From a virus (taxonomy: Duplodnaviria; Caudoviricetes), in IMG/VR virus record IMGVR_UViG_3300033067_001807, positions 1-64,000 of that record: a stretch of 64,000 bases of DNA. One strand, given 5' to 3'. Positions 39,263-49,691 of this stretch are shown here, piece by piece. A model generated the notes under the pieces. The model was not told where the DNA came from. It was given only the letters and a program-made list of their open reading frames with translations, and made no database searches. The position numbers and the translations under genes are program-made. Position 1 is the first letter of the stretch; each line of letters begins with the position of its first letter.

Positions 39263-40453
39263 CTATAGTTTCAAGAAAACTTTTCTAGTGTCAACATCTA
39301 TTCTTGTGATTTGAACGGTAATTGGGCTGTTTTTTGTAAGTGAATCTAATTCTATTCCTTCAGGTAATTCTGAGATATGCAATAATCCTACAATTCCATC
39401 CCCAATGTCAACAAATACTCCATAATCTTTAACAGATTTAATTGTACCTGTAACTTCTACTGGAAAAGATTTATACTTTCCTGCAACTTCTTTCCATGGA
39501 TCTATGGTTTCAGTATATTCGATTTGCGTTAATGTAATTTTAGTATCACTAATAATCTCTTTAACTTTAAATTCAATTACATCACCTGGATTAATTTCTC
39601 TCGCTTTGTGTTTTTTAGCCATTTCAGGAGATAAATCGTTGGCATGAATCATACCAGTTAAACATCCATCAAACTCAACAAATACACCATATTTGGCAGA
39701 ACCTGTAACATTTCCAGTTTTTGTTTCTCCAATACTATTTTTAAGCTCTTCAACTTTACTTGGAATCATCGCCTGTAAATATTTTCTATGCGATACAATG
39801 ACGGTTCCTCTTTCCGGTGAGTAACTCATAGGCACAACATACATTTGTGTATTTAAAATAGATTCAAACTCTGCAAGTTTATTAATTCCTGCAAGTGAAC
39901 CTGGCATGAAACAATCGATACCTTGTACATTTACAAAATAACCTCCATTTGGAATCATTCCAGTCACGGTTCCAATATATGCAGTATTTTGATTTTCAGC
40001 AGATGCTAATATTTCTTTAAGTATTGCAGCTTTAATTCCAGCTTCAACCGAACCTAAAATAAATCCTTTATTGTTTCTACCTGTTGTAATTTCAACATCT
40101 ACCCTTTGGCCTGGTATTAATTTAGCCTTTGAAATAACTGACTCTCTTGACATATTTACATATATCATTTCTTTGTGTCCAATATCGATTGAAGCCCATT
40201 CTTGGTCAACTGAATATACAGTTCCATTATGCGTTTCTCCGGCATTTACAGAATATACTAAGTTTGCATCTGTTAATACGTTTTCCATTAGGTCATAAAG
40301 TTCTTGAGCATACGGCTCTCTTGAATATACTTTATGTCCACCCTTTGTTTTTACGTGTGGATTCGATTTTCTACTTATTGATGGGCAATCAGATACATAA
40401 GCATCCCAATCAAATTTTGGATTTCCATCAATTGTAATTGTGTTTTTTGACAT
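39263..40453 (-). CDS. rpsA: Ribosomal protein bS1 homologue (four S1 domains, Bacteroidota-type N-terminus)
   Basis: FDWDAY N-terminal motif; four S1 repeats (VQGIDCFMPGS, KYGVFVEF..GMIH..DL, DPW..V, DYGVFVDI..GLLHISEL). Confidence 0.85.
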   Translation of the reverse strand: MSKNTITIDGNPKFDWDAYVSDCPSISRKSNPHVKTKGGHKVYSREPYAQELYDLMENVLTDANLVYSVNAGETHNGTVYSVDQEWASIDIGHKEMIYVNMSRESVISKAKLIPGQRVDVEITTGRNNKGFILGSVEAGIKAAILKEILASAENQNTAYIGTVTGMIPNGGYFVNVQGIDCFMPGSLAGINKLAEFESILNTQMYVVPMSYSPERGTVIVSHRKYLQAMIPSKVEELKNSIGETKTGNVTGSAKYGVFVEFDGCLTGMIHANDLSPEMAKKHKAREINPGDVIEFKVKEIISDTKITLTQIEYTETIDPWKEVAGKYKSFPVEVTGTIKSVKDYGVFVDIGDGIVGLLHISELPEGIELDSLTKNSPITVQITRIDVDTRKVFLKL

Positions 40454-40501
40454 TTTTTTTTAGTTTAAGTGTTAATATTAATAGTTTATATATACGTTTT
40501 A

Positions 40502-42163
40502 TTAGAATGTAGTTGGACTTATACCTACCATTGGAATTGGAGGTCCAGTTGGAACAATAAATCCACCTAGATATAAAAATTTAACCGAAAGTAGATGTTT
40601 TGCACACGATACTGAAACTGCAGAAGCGACTGCCTTTGACGCAACTGGGGTAAGCGGTTGTCTTTTAAATTTTTTACCTGTGTTCCATGCTCTTCTTAAA
40701 TCGTTTGCTAATGATTTTTTATTTCCATACGATATTGGAGTATATTTACCGCCTAGCGGAGGTATTGAAGTGCATGGTGATATTGGAGGTCCCGGTTTAA
40801 ATGGTTGTATAGAACAACTTTTCCAATAATCAATAATGGCTTGAGCCATTACGTCATATCCATCGCCACTGTATGATTCCTCTTCAGTATTTCCAGTCAT
40901 CGAATTACCCCATTTTCGTAAAAGGTCATACCATTTATTTTTTTCTTTAAGGTACTCATCAATTTTTCTTTTGTTTCTTTTCACTTCCTCCTTTTCAAAT
41001 CTCTTTGGATCGAGCTTTGATAAAATAGATTGTATTGAAACTTTGCTGTCTCCATATCCGTCCATTTTTTTATCAATAGACTTAAAATATACAAACTTGC
41101 AAATATCTGCGGCTGTTAACCATTCAGGTATTTTTGCCTTATCATCGATGTGTTCCTCTTGAAATATGTAATTATTAATTGGATTAATCTGACCAGCTGG
41201 AAGTGCTTTTATTTTTTTATAATCTCCGTCCTTTACTCCAAGTAATTCAAACACCCTTGTTTGAACCTTTTTACCAAATCCTTTTTCATATCCAATGTCA
41301 AGTCTATCAACCCATTCTCTGTATGAATCCGATCCGTCATTTTGATAAACAACTCGCATCGCTATATTGTTTATTCTTTCCTCTTCTGTCATTCTAGGTA
41401 TTGAAACTCTTTGCTCTTTCGAGGTGAAAGGATCCTTGATTTCATCAATTACCTCAACTCCACTTGACTTTATTTCTAGGGTTATCGATTTGTTTATCTC
41501 TTTTAATAAAATATCATCAGGTCCGTAAACCGCTTTAAAATTATAAATATATGTGCCTTCGGTAATAGGTGCAAGTACGTTTAAAACATCATCTGATGCA
41601 ATCTGGATAGGCTGGTCTTCACCATTAATAGAATATAAGAATTTATAATCGATTCCCTCAGTAAATCCCGAGATACTCATGGTAATGTATTTTTCAGGTT
41701 CTCCTGGTTTAGAAGTCTCTTCTAATAAATTAAAATCAATTTCGCCATTTAAAGTAGATGGCTCTTCAATCGGGCATGTTGATTGAAAGAATGGGTAAAA
41801 TATAAACTTTTCAAGATTATCTTTATTTTTTTCAGTCCATTTTTCAAGTTCACAATAAGTATCGAAGTTGATGTTTGGGGCTGGTGCCTTTTCGAATAGG
41901 TCTGCGTATTTTGAATCTGAAAATTTACTTTCAAATTCTATACTCTCTTCATTATAAATTTTATTGAATGCCTTTTTAAAACCTTCTTCAAGAACTGATT
42001 TTTGTCCAGGCTGATGAATATTGCCAAATATAGTTTGTGAAGTTTTTACACTATTAAAATACTCATTAGCTAAAAATACAGCAAATTCGTCTATGCTAGA
42101 TGCACTCAAGCTTGACAATTTTGTAGATACTTTATTAATGAATATTGGCCACTGTGCCGGCAT
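40502..42163 (-). CDS. Hypothetical baseplate-associated protein
   Basis: Follows the gp5-like gene; Pro-rich C-terminus. Confidence 0.55.
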   Translation of the reverse strand: MPAQWPIFINKVSTKLSSLSASSIDEFAVFLANEYFNSVKTSQTIFGNIHQPGQKSVLEEGFKKAFNKIYNEESIEFESKFSDSKYADLFEKAPAPNINFDTYCELEKWTEKNKDNLEKFIFYPFFQSTCPIEEPSTLNGEIDFNLLEETSKPGEPEKYITMSISGFTEGIDYKFLYSINGEDQPIQIASDDVLNVLAPITEGTYIYNFKAVYGPDDILLKEINKSITLEIKSSGVEVIDEIKDPFTSKEQRVSIPRMTEEERINNIAMRVVYQNDGSDSYREWVDRLDIGYEKGFGKKVQTRVFELLGVKDGDYKKIKALPAGQINPINNYIFQEEHIDDKAKIPEWLTAADICKFVYFKSIDKKMDGYGDSKVSIQSILSKLDPKRFEKEEVKRNKRKIDEYLKEKNKWYDLLRKWGNSMTGNTEEESYSGDGYDVMAQAIIDYWKSCSIQPFKPGPPISPCTSIPPLGGKYTPISYGNKKSLANDLRRAWNTGKKFKRQPLTPVASKAVASAVSVSCAKHLLSVKFLYLGGFIVPTGPPIPMVGISPTTF

Positions 42164-42189
42164 AATACGTGTTTTAGAAATTATATATC

Positions 42190-42909
42190 CTATTTACCTT
42201 TTTGCTGATAATCTTTATGAGATGATTTTAGACTGCTAACAGTTGAAGGTGTTGCTGCAGCAGGAGGCCCTGAAGGTCCAACTCCAGTTGGATGAAAATG
42301 GTTTTTATAATCATCAAGCAATTTATTCAACCATTTTTCTAATGATACTCCACGAACAGCTGGTTCCGATTCATCTTCACTACCCTCTCCAGTGTTACTT
42401 AAAAATATGTTTCCTGAATCAAGGAATATCTTTTCATTACTGGATATTTTAATAAATCCAGCTTCATCAATTTGAATTAAAGGTCTTTCCTTTGCTCCAC
42501 TTCCTCTTGTAATTACAAGTCCGTCCTCCGGTGAGTGATAGATTCTAATGTTTCTTACCTCATCATATACCAGTGAAACAACATCATGTGCTGCGCCTGA
42601 TGCTTCTAAAATGTCCTGTTTTAATGATTTACTTTGATTAATCTGAAACCAATACTCCGGGTGGTATATGTTACCGTTATCAAAACGTACCGCCACGATT
42701 GTACCGATATTTGGGGTGTGATGTGCACCTACAAAATCTCGATTCATTGGAGTTGCCCATGGAATAGCATCATTTGGTAATTTATCAAATTTACCAAAAA
42801 CTTTAATGCGGCATCTTCCAAGAAATTTAGGGTCGGCATTATCCACAACCTCACCGATCCAGTGGGTTTCCCTAATATTATCTTTGTCTAATTCTTTATC
42901 TGTTGCCAT
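42190..42909 (-). CDS. gp5: Baseplate central spike, gp5 OB-fold / gpV-like, without lysozyme
   Basis: GEVVDNADPKFLGRCRIKVFG...IPWATP; C-terminal HFHPTGVGPSGPP (HxH tip). Confidence 0.8.
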   Translation of the reverse strand: MATDKELDKDNIRETHWIGEVVDNADPKFLGRCRIKVFGKFDKLPNDAIPWATPMNRDFVGAHHTPNIGTIVAVRFDNGNIYHPEYWFQINQSKSLKQDILEASGAAHDVVSLVYDEVRNIRIYHSPEDGLVITRGSGAKERPLIQIDEAGFIKISSNEKIFLDSGNIFLSNTGEGSEDESEPAVRGVSLEKWLNKLLDDYKNHFHPTGVGPSGPPAAATPSTVSSLKSSHKDYQQKGK

Positions 42910-44114
42910 TAACTATATGCGTTTCCTAGGTTTCTTACTCCATTTTCTGCTGCAGTATTTAGTCCATTTACTATTGAAGAGCCTGCAAAATTACCATGTA
43001 CATTTGCCTGTATATTATTACCAATATTTCTACGTTGTTGCGTTATGTCAGTTGCATTATCAACATTTCTTACGAAATTTGAAAATACATTCTCGAATGA
43101 TGGAATTCTATTAACAGTCTGTGTTCTAAGCTCTTGTGCCAACTCTCTTTTTTTGTCTTCTGCAAGTCCCTTTAAGGCAGTTTTTCCTCTTTCCTGTGCT
43201 TCAGTTAATCTACCATTTAATTTATCTTTAGCAAATTCCAATGGAGTTTTGATTGATGCATCAAATGATTCCGAATCAGGTGCAGGTGCTAAATAATTTT
43301 TAGTATGTTCCAATTCTTCAATTATTCCATTAAGTACTCTAGCCTCTATTTTTACAAAACTTTGATAGTTAATTGTAATATTATTTGTTGCAGCGCTTTC
43401 TGGATTTTTTGAAAGGTCGCTAAATATCGCAGTACCTGTCATCATATCAAATTCACAGTGCTTAATTCCAACCATAAAATAAGGCCTTCCATCTTCTCCC
43501 ATGATTGCAGCATTTTTATTTTTAGTATCGATAGTTGGTTTAAAGTTGTCTGGAAATTTTGTAAATGCATCTCTATCAATTCCGTTTACCTTTGTTTCAG
43601 TTTCTACTTGTATACTTCTAACCTCAGTGACATAAACATACATTGCAAATTTTCTTAAATTTGTTGGTAATATGTAACCCCATCTTCTACTATCAAATAC
43701 TCCTTCTCTATATAAGTGCATAAGACCAGCGATTGGTAGGTTTAATGATTCTAATGTTTCAATTTCTATTTTGGCGTCATCACCTCCAAAGAACGGTTCT
43801 GCCGGATCTCTTTGAAAAAGACGTTCAAGTCCTTTCAATGATTGCCAGTACCATGGCATTTCATTGTTAATCGTTAGCAAAGCATTTTTAAATGCAACAA
43901 AGCTTACATAGGCATCTTTGTAAAATGTATCTTTACTGTTAGGTGAGTCTGCTAATTTTTTTAAATATTCTTCAGCGGGACCCGCAAGTAAAGGGGAAAG
44001 TTCTGGATTAAATACGTCAAATAATATTGCAAAGGACAAGTATGTAGGATCCTGATATGGATATTTTTTAATTGAGCCTTTACGGAAATCCGATATGTTT
44101 TTAAAATCTGACAT
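42909..44114 (-). CDS. Putative baseplate/tube-related structural protein
   Basis: Position between hub and spike genes; no decisive motif. Confidence 0.45.
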   Translation of the reverse strand: MSDFKNISDFRKGSIKKYPYQDPTYLSFAILFDVFNPELSPLLAGPAEEYLKKLADSPNSKDTFYKDAYVSFVAFKNALLTINNEMPWYWQSLKGLERLFQRDPAEPFFGGDDAKIEIETLESLNLPIAGLMHLYREGVFDSRRWGYILPTNLRKFAMYVYVTEVRSIQVETETKVNGIDRDAFTKFPDNFKPTIDTKNKNAAIMGEDGRPYFMVGIKHCEFDMMTGTAIFSDLSKNPESAATNNITINYQSFVKIEARVLNGIIEELEHTKNYLAPAPDSESFDASIKTPLEFAKDKLNGRLTEAQERGKTALKGLAEDKKRELAQELRTQTVNRIPSFENVFSNFVRNVDNATDITQQRRNIGNNIQANVHGNFAGSSIVNGLNTAAENGVRNLGNAYS

Positions 44115-44126
44115 ATATTATATATA

Positions 44127-45629
44127 TTATTTATTAGAAGAACCAACAGTATCTTCATCTATGTTATTGACTCTACTTGGCCACTCTCTTCTAAGTAAAT
44201 TTAATTTTTGGCCAACACTGTCGTCACCTGCCTTATACGTATATTGAATTCCCCCAACAACGTAATAACCTGTTAAAAATTCATCAACAGCGTATACTGA
44301 AGGATCTGACAGATATGAATCTTCTATTTTCTCAGCTTCAAACCCATCCTTAGTCTTTTTATCTTTAAGAATTTGATCTGCTTTCATTATATCTCTATTA
44401 TTAGTATAAATAACAATAGGAATTTTATGGTATCTATGGATTGCAGGATTAAATGTCAGTAGTTCAATATCAAGTGACATCTTTTTTACCTCGTCAATAT
44501 TTTGTGAATTTGCAATTGCAGCATACTCATAATTTAAATGTGTATTAGAAGTTTCAGGGTCGCCTGATTTTCTACCTACATATTTATATTTTATTTCATT
44601 TTTGTATCTATCCTCATCTCTTCTACCCTTTAAAGGTTCTTCAATGTCTTTCATTTTTTTACTTGCTAGCGGTTCAATATCGTGTGAAACCAACCCTTCA
44701 TCAGAATCATTTTCATAGTATTGTAAAACACGCTTATATCCATTCTTTTTATTTGAAGCTCCTGCCTTATTCTTTAATGATTGTGAAACAATAAATCTAT
44801 TTGTTCCATTATCTCTTTTATGATTTGAAAGAACTAATGGAAGTTCTGCCTGATTTGGGGAATCTCCGACCTTGGCAGAAGGCATGTCTGTTAAATCCAT
44901 ACCAAATGCAAGTTTGGCGTCCTCTAATGTTTCTTCAGAGTCAAGCAACTTATTTAAATTTACATAATTTAAATAATAATATGGGTCAATACTAAAGGTT
45001 TGAAAACTGTCATCATCTATATATGAATGTCTCACAAGATCCTCTAATGTATCGTACATTGAATTAAATGGCACTACCAGATTCATTGAATCATCAGTTG
45101 AATCTATGTTTGTTGCCACTCCCAATTTCAGGTCATTTGCTATTTTTTCAATATGGTCTAATGAGGTACCTACTCCATATGATTTACAATCTTCTGAGTA
45201 TAATCCTGGAATTTTAACCCTTCCCATCAATACATATTTTCCTCCTTTGATTGAAGATCTTTGATTAGGAGTTTCTACATATATAATATCGAAATCCATT
45301 CTTATTTCCTTATATGACGTTTTATCAAGAGTACCCATTCTTAAATTAATAACGTCTCCATCCCTTGGAAATGTATCAACACTAAATTGCCCTCTAGTAT
45401 CAATAAGAGTAAGTTCAATAATCGGAAGAGTTCCAGTGCAATCTAAATTCATTTTAGCAATGTCATCCATTGAAAATTCATATCGATTTATCATTACAAC
45501 AAGAAGCATACCTTTACTTTGAATTGCCTTGTCATTTCCTTCATTTTCGCCAAACGATTCAAATACCAATTTATCTGTCTTGATAGTTGGCTCAGTTATT
45601 GTAAGTATGTGGTTATTTATTGATGCCAT
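44127..45629 (-). CDS. Baseplate hub protein (gp27-like candidate)
   Basis: LPIIELTLIDT...FPRDGDVINL; FSIDPYYYLNYVNL; FLTGYYVVGGIQY; located upstream of gp5. Confidence 0.55.
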   Translation of the reverse strand: MASINNHILTITEPTIKTDKLVFESFGENEGNDKAIQSKGMLLVVMINRYEFSMDDIAKMNLDCTGTLPIIELTLIDTRGQFSVDTFPRDGDVINLRMGTLDKTSYKEIRMDFDIIYVETPNQRSSIKGGKYVLMGRVKIPGLYSEDCKSYGVGTSLDHIEKIANDLKLGVATNIDSTDDSMNLVVPFNSMYDTLEDLVRHSYIDDDSFQTFSIDPYYYLNYVNLNKLLDSEETLEDAKLAFGMDLTDMPSAKVGDSPNQAELPLVLSNHKRDNGTNRFIVSQSLKNKAGASNKKNGYKRVLQYYENDSDEGLVSHDIEPLASKKMKDIEEPLKGRRDEDRYKNEIKYKYVGRKSGDPETSNTHLNYEYAAIANSQNIDEVKKMSLDIELLTFNPAIHRYHKIPIVIYTNNRDIMKADQILKDKKTKDGFEAEKIEDSYLSDPSVYAVDEFLTGYYVVGGIQYTYKAGDDSVGQKLNLLRREWPSRVNNIDEDTVGSSNK

Positions 45630-45637
45630 GTATTTTA

Positions 45638-46138
45638 TTAAATAGTAATTGTACCGTTTCCTATTGCAATGTGATTTTCACCCTCCTTAAGAACATTAGG
45701 CGGCAATATTTGTCTTGAACCATTCGCCTTCTGTGCTGCCTTTCTTTGTAAATATTCAATTCTTTTGGCGTCCTTAACTGGAAGTCTTTTAGTGTCAATA
45801 AATTGATCCCTAATTGAAGGTTCATTAATCGAACGTTCAACAAATTTAATAGGTTTGACAATATTAAGAACTGACATATTCTGAGGAATAAGCAAAACAT
45901 CTCCAACATTTATTGAAAATGGATTTGATATATTATTCCATTTTAATATGTAGTCACAATAGTTTGCATCACTATAATATTTTAATGAAATTAAATCTAT
46001 TCTGCCTATCTCGTATTCGGTCACAATATGTTCAGCGACAGTTTCCGTTAATGTAGAAAATACTACAGTAGGTTCTGTCATAATAACTTTAGTATTATCA
46101 GTTGAAAGTTTCTTTTTTTCTAATGTTGTAAATTTCAT
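45638..46138 (-). CDS. gp53/LysM-like baseplate wedge protein
   Basis: GRIDLISLKYYSDANYCDYILKWNNISNPFSINVGDVLLIP. Confidence 0.75.
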   Translation of the reverse strand: MKFTTLEKKKLSTDNTKVIMTEPTVVFSTLTETVAEHIVTEYEIGRIDLISLKYYSDANYCDYILKWNNISNPFSINVGDVLLIPQNMSVLNIVKPIKFVERSINEPSIRDQFIDTKRLPVKDAKRIEYLQRKAAQKANGSRQILPPNVLKEGENHIAIGNGTITI

Positions 46139-47961
46139 TATCCGTTACTTAATTTTCTAAATACATTGACAAATGAATCCTTAGTAGGTTTTCCAACGTC
46201 TTTATTTCCATATGCGCTTACATCAACTGTTTTGTTAATGTCTGCGACATCATCAGGCTGTACATAAAATCTTCCTCTACCTGTATTAAACATTGATTCG
46301 ATTTCTGCTTTATCTCTAGGTCTACCTGGTTTTAATTTAATAACCGCGACCATTCTTTCTGGAAAGTCATGTATTGTATTTGCTCCTTCAAATGTAATCT
46401 CACAATCTTCCATTACAAGATTTCCAATTACGGCAATAGGATTTAATGGATTTCCAACCGTTAGATGCCATTGCCCAGTAGGGTCTCCTGTTAATAAAGA
46501 CTGAACTGCCTGTCCTCCCTGTGGAGTATTAAATAGGTCCATTAACTGTCCACCTATTAAGTTATTTAAAAATTTATTATTTGCAAGATTTTTATAATTT
46601 GCAGGATCTAAAATACCTTTAAACGCATTTCCCATATCACTCACAATAGAACCTAAAAATCCCCCATAATCACCTGCCCTAAGTTTTCCAAGATCTCCTA
46701 ATGGTTTAGCAACAGATCCATCACTAATATATCGAACGCTTCCTCCCCAAAATGGAGCATTATTGTATGTAAGCGCTAATAAATTTGCAAGCTGGTCTAG
46801 CATCATTATCTTTGGATTTACTCCTTCAAAGCTTTTAAGTTCATATTCAAATTTCAAAGTAAATGCTTGCTCAAATTTAAGCCCAGAGTCTCGAACTACC
46901 ATGTCTTTTATCACATTCAATGGTCCAAATACATGATTTGGATATGTATTTGAGAATGAGTCATAATCTGCATTTTGTTTATTTGCGTTTGCTGAGACTG
47001 CATCTCTACCTGATGCAGCATTCGCGGCTGCAGAAAGAAACATATTACCTTCAACAATACTACCAAATTTTCCACTAGCAGCACCTTGTTTAGATTGTAA
47101 GGTTTGAACCTCTGCGCTGGCGTCTTTATAATTAAATCCATGTGAAAATTTTAAAATTTCAGTAAGTGGATTTCCAGGACTTTCTCCTAACCAAGTAACT
47201 GCTCTTGCAATATCAGGCTGTTGGATTGGGACCATTGTAGTACCGGCTTTATCTAATCCAGTAGGTGTTATAATATCATCAGTACATGGATACGCGAATC
47301 GCCTTAACGTAATTAACATGCTATTTGGAATCTTTCCAAAAAAACGCGTTAGGGCAAAATCAGAATACTGATATCTATACGCATAATTATTTTCAATCCC
47401 TCCTGTTATTTCAATAATTTGAGAAGCAGTTGGATTAATTAAACTGTTTGGATCTATTTTTCTATATCTTTCATTTGCGCGCGAATTTTCCCCTGCGCCA
47501 GAAGATTCAAATCCATTTTTATTAATATCTAATGGATTTCCTCTATAATTAATTAATGAGTATTTATTAAATGCAGAGTATGGTCGAGGACCAACACTAA
47601 TTTTCTTTCCTTTATTTACACCAGCTTGTGTGGAAGTATACGTTTCGGAATCAAATGCATTAACATAATACTTTGAATTTTCAGTATCAATAATAGAAAA
47701 AGATGAATCTGTTACCATAGATCTTGCCTTAGTCTGATCTGGTGCATTTAAGGATTTTAATCCTTTATCTTTAGTTTTTCTTTTACCCGGAGTATTAGTT
47801 GGATCCTCTCCATCCACATTATATCCAGTAACACTTTTTACTGCGCTAATAAATCCTTTGCCTAATCCTGTGGTTTTTGCATATTCAAAGCCTGATCTGG
47901 TTTTTGCAGCAGTAGATTCTGCTAGTTTTTCAAAATAACCCTTTTCGGTACTATCCGCCAT
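46138..47961 (-). CDS. Baseplate tail-tube initiator/cap candidate (gp48/gp54-like)
   Basis: FTLKFEYEL and WHLTVGNPLNPIAVIGNLVMEDCEITF..FPERM tube-like strands; first gene of the baseplate operon. Confidence 0.45.
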   Translation of the reverse strand: MADSTEKGYFEKLAESTAAKTRSGFEYAKTTGLGKGFISAVKSVTGYNVDGEDPTNTPGKRKTKDKGLKSLNAPDQTKARSMVTDSSFSIIDTENSKYYVNAFDSETYTSTQAGVNKGKKISVGPRPYSAFNKYSLINYRGNPLDINKNGFESSGAGENSRANERYRKIDPNSLINPTASQIIEITGGIENNYAYRYQYSDFALTRFFGKIPNSMLITLRRFAYPCTDDIITPTGLDKAGTTMVPIQQPDIARAVTWLGESPGNPLTEILKFSHGFNYKDASAEVQTLQSKQGAASGKFGSIVEGNMFLSAAANAASGRDAVSANANKQNADYDSFSNTYPNHVFGPLNVIKDMVVRDSGLKFEQAFTLKFEYELKSFEGVNPKIMMLDQLANLLALTYNNAPFWGGSVRYISDGSVAKPLGDLGKLRAGDYGGFLGSIVSDMGNAFKGILDPANYKNLANNKFLNNLIGGQLMDLFNTPQGGQAVQSLLTGDPTGQWHLTVGNPLNPIAVIGNLVMEDCEITFEGANTIHDFPERMVAVIKLKPGRPRDKAEIESMFNTGRGRFYVQPDDVADINKTVDVSAYGNKDVGKPTKDSFVNVFRKLSNG

Positions 47962-48008
47962 TCCTATTTTAGATATATTTGTTTTGTTATATATCTAAGT
48001 CTTTGATT

Positions 48009-48596
48009 TTACGTTAAACGATCAAGTTCAATCGATTTAGGTCTAAATAGTAGTTTGTCAAAATAGTCAGGTGAAGTGCCTGCCCTATCACCAAGAAACT
48101 TCTTGATGTGCGCCTGAAACACCCCTTTACTTCCATAGTAGTAACTACCCTTAGAATATGTGTTTCGTGTGGTTAATTCATATAAATCCTTGATAGTCTT
48201 TTCAATAAAAAAATCTTGTATATTATTATATAATTCGATTACTTCTCCATACGTTCTAACACACATCACAGAATCAACAACAACCATATAAGTTTCCCAT
48301 TTAGATTCTATATAATTTTGAAATTCTTTAACAGTTGCAAATTTTTGCCTAGATATTTTAAAAGTAGTAAGAGCTCCTTCAAAATTTCTATCAAATTTCA
48401 TATCGAACATATATCTTTTTAAAAAGTCAATATCATCATAAAACCTGGTAATACGAATTTGATATCTTGGCATTTTGTCATTAAACTCAACATCATGAAT
48501 AATGGCGCGAACCGGAAAAACAATATTGTTATACCGATTGTTTGCGATCAATACATGGATATGTTCTCCTTTTGAAAATAATTTATGTCTAATCAT
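48009..48596 (-). CDS. Hypothetical protein
   Basis: ORF, coupled to its neighbours. Confidence 0.65.
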   Translation of the reverse strand: MIRHKLFSKGEHIHVLIANNRYNNIVFPVRAIIHDVEFNDKMPRYQIRITRFYDDIDFLKRYMFDMKFDRNFEGALTTFKISRQKFATVKEFQNYIESKWETYMVVVDSVMCVRTYGEVIELYNNIQDFFIEKTIKDLYELTTRNTYSKGSYYYGSKGVFQAHIKKFLGDRAGTSPDYFDKLLFRPKSIELDRLT

Positions 48597-48997
48597 TTTT
48601 TAATAATATTAACATGTTCAAATAAATTTGCGATTCTCGCATCTACATTTACATTATTATGTATTATCGTTAATATGATTACTTGCTCTCTAGTGGATTG
48701 AGAGTCTATTAATCTTTTAAAATTTGTTACAACTTCAAATTCAAGATTTTTAAATAGATAAATTACACGACTAACATCTGTATTATCTATATGAAGCTGT
48801 CGTGTAATTTCAGATACTATTGTTAATCCAACAACTGAATCACTTGGCTCTTGGCCATAGGGATCTGCCTTAATAAGTTTATTTTTTATTGAAGCATGGT
48901 CAATCACTTTAGTTGACACTTTATCAATATCTTTTATAAACTTATTAAATTCTCGTCTCGATGGACACCATACACATTCAATTGTTAAGTTATTCAT
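48593..48997 (-). CDS. Hypothetical protein
   Basis: ORF, coupled to its neighbours. Confidence 0.6.
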   Translation of the reverse strand: MNNLTIECVWCPSRREFNKFIKDIDKVSTKVIDHASIKNKLIKADPYGQEPSDSVVGLTIVSEITRQLHIDNTDVSRVIYLFKNLEFEVVTNFKRLIDSQSTREQVIILTIIHNNVNVDARIANLFEHVNIIKK

Positions 48998-49312
48998 TTA
49001 TTGTTTTATAGAAGCCTTTAACAATTTTAATTGTTTTTCAAGCTTCTCTATTTTTTCCAATTTCTCTTTATCGCTTGGAATGTAATCAACACCCCAGTCT
49101 TCGATAATTTGTATTTGGCGTTTATTTTTTGAATTACCAAATGTTAATCCAATATCAACACATAATTCGGTAATAAATTTAATTTTGTTAGATTGAATTT
49201 CAAAATCATAAACTGTTGTTGATTCAAAACCCTCTCCAGCAGAATTAATATTATCATCTATTACAGTTTTAATAACGCCATTGTCGGCTAATGTTATTTT
49301 AACTGTTTGCAT
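48998..49312 (-). CDS. Hypothetical protein
   Basis: ORF, coupled to its neighbours. Confidence 0.6.
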   Translation of the reverse strand: MQTVKITLADNGVIKTVIDDNINSAGEGFESTTVYDFEIQSNKIKFITELCVDIGLTFGNSKNKRQIQIIEDWGVDYIPSDKEKLEKIEKLEKQLKLLKASIKQ

Positions 49313-49691
49313 TTAACCTTGCATTTAAAGATTCTCTTGCCTGTTTTTGAAGATCAGCTGATTTTTTCTTATCTTCCTTGTATGTTAGTTTATTTTTAAT
49401 ATTAACAAGAATCCATGCCTCTTCTAACATTTTTATTTCAGCATCATTATATCCTTGTTCTTTCCAAGATTCTTTTAATCCATTTACCTTAATTTGTAAT
49501 TGATTTTCAATATCATCTTGTACTCTATTTAAAAAAGCCTCATGCGCCTGATTTCCATCATTTCGGGTTTTATCATACCATGCTTCACCTGGTCCATTTA
49601 GAGGGCTATACATATTTTTAATTTTTAAGTAACCCATTGCTGCCAATTGCGATCTGCGTTGTCTTCTAGACGGTGTTGTTCCTTTACTCAT
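49299..49691 (-). CDS. Hypothetical protein
   Basis: ORF with basic N-terminus SRRQRR. Confidence 0.65.
   Translation of the reverse strand: MSKGTTPSRRQRRSQLAAMGYLKIKNMYSPLNGPGEAWYDKTRNDGNQAHEAFLNRVQDDIENQLQIKVNGLKESWKEQGYNDAEIKMLEEAWILVNIKNKLTYKEDKKKSADLQKQARESLNARLNANS

Noticed and set aside
32469-46001. Nested same-strand small ORFs (32469-32660, 38623-38829, 41749-41934, 43961-44158, 45661-45909)
   Set aside because: They lie almost wholly inside larger genes in another frame, with no recognisable motif or promoter.
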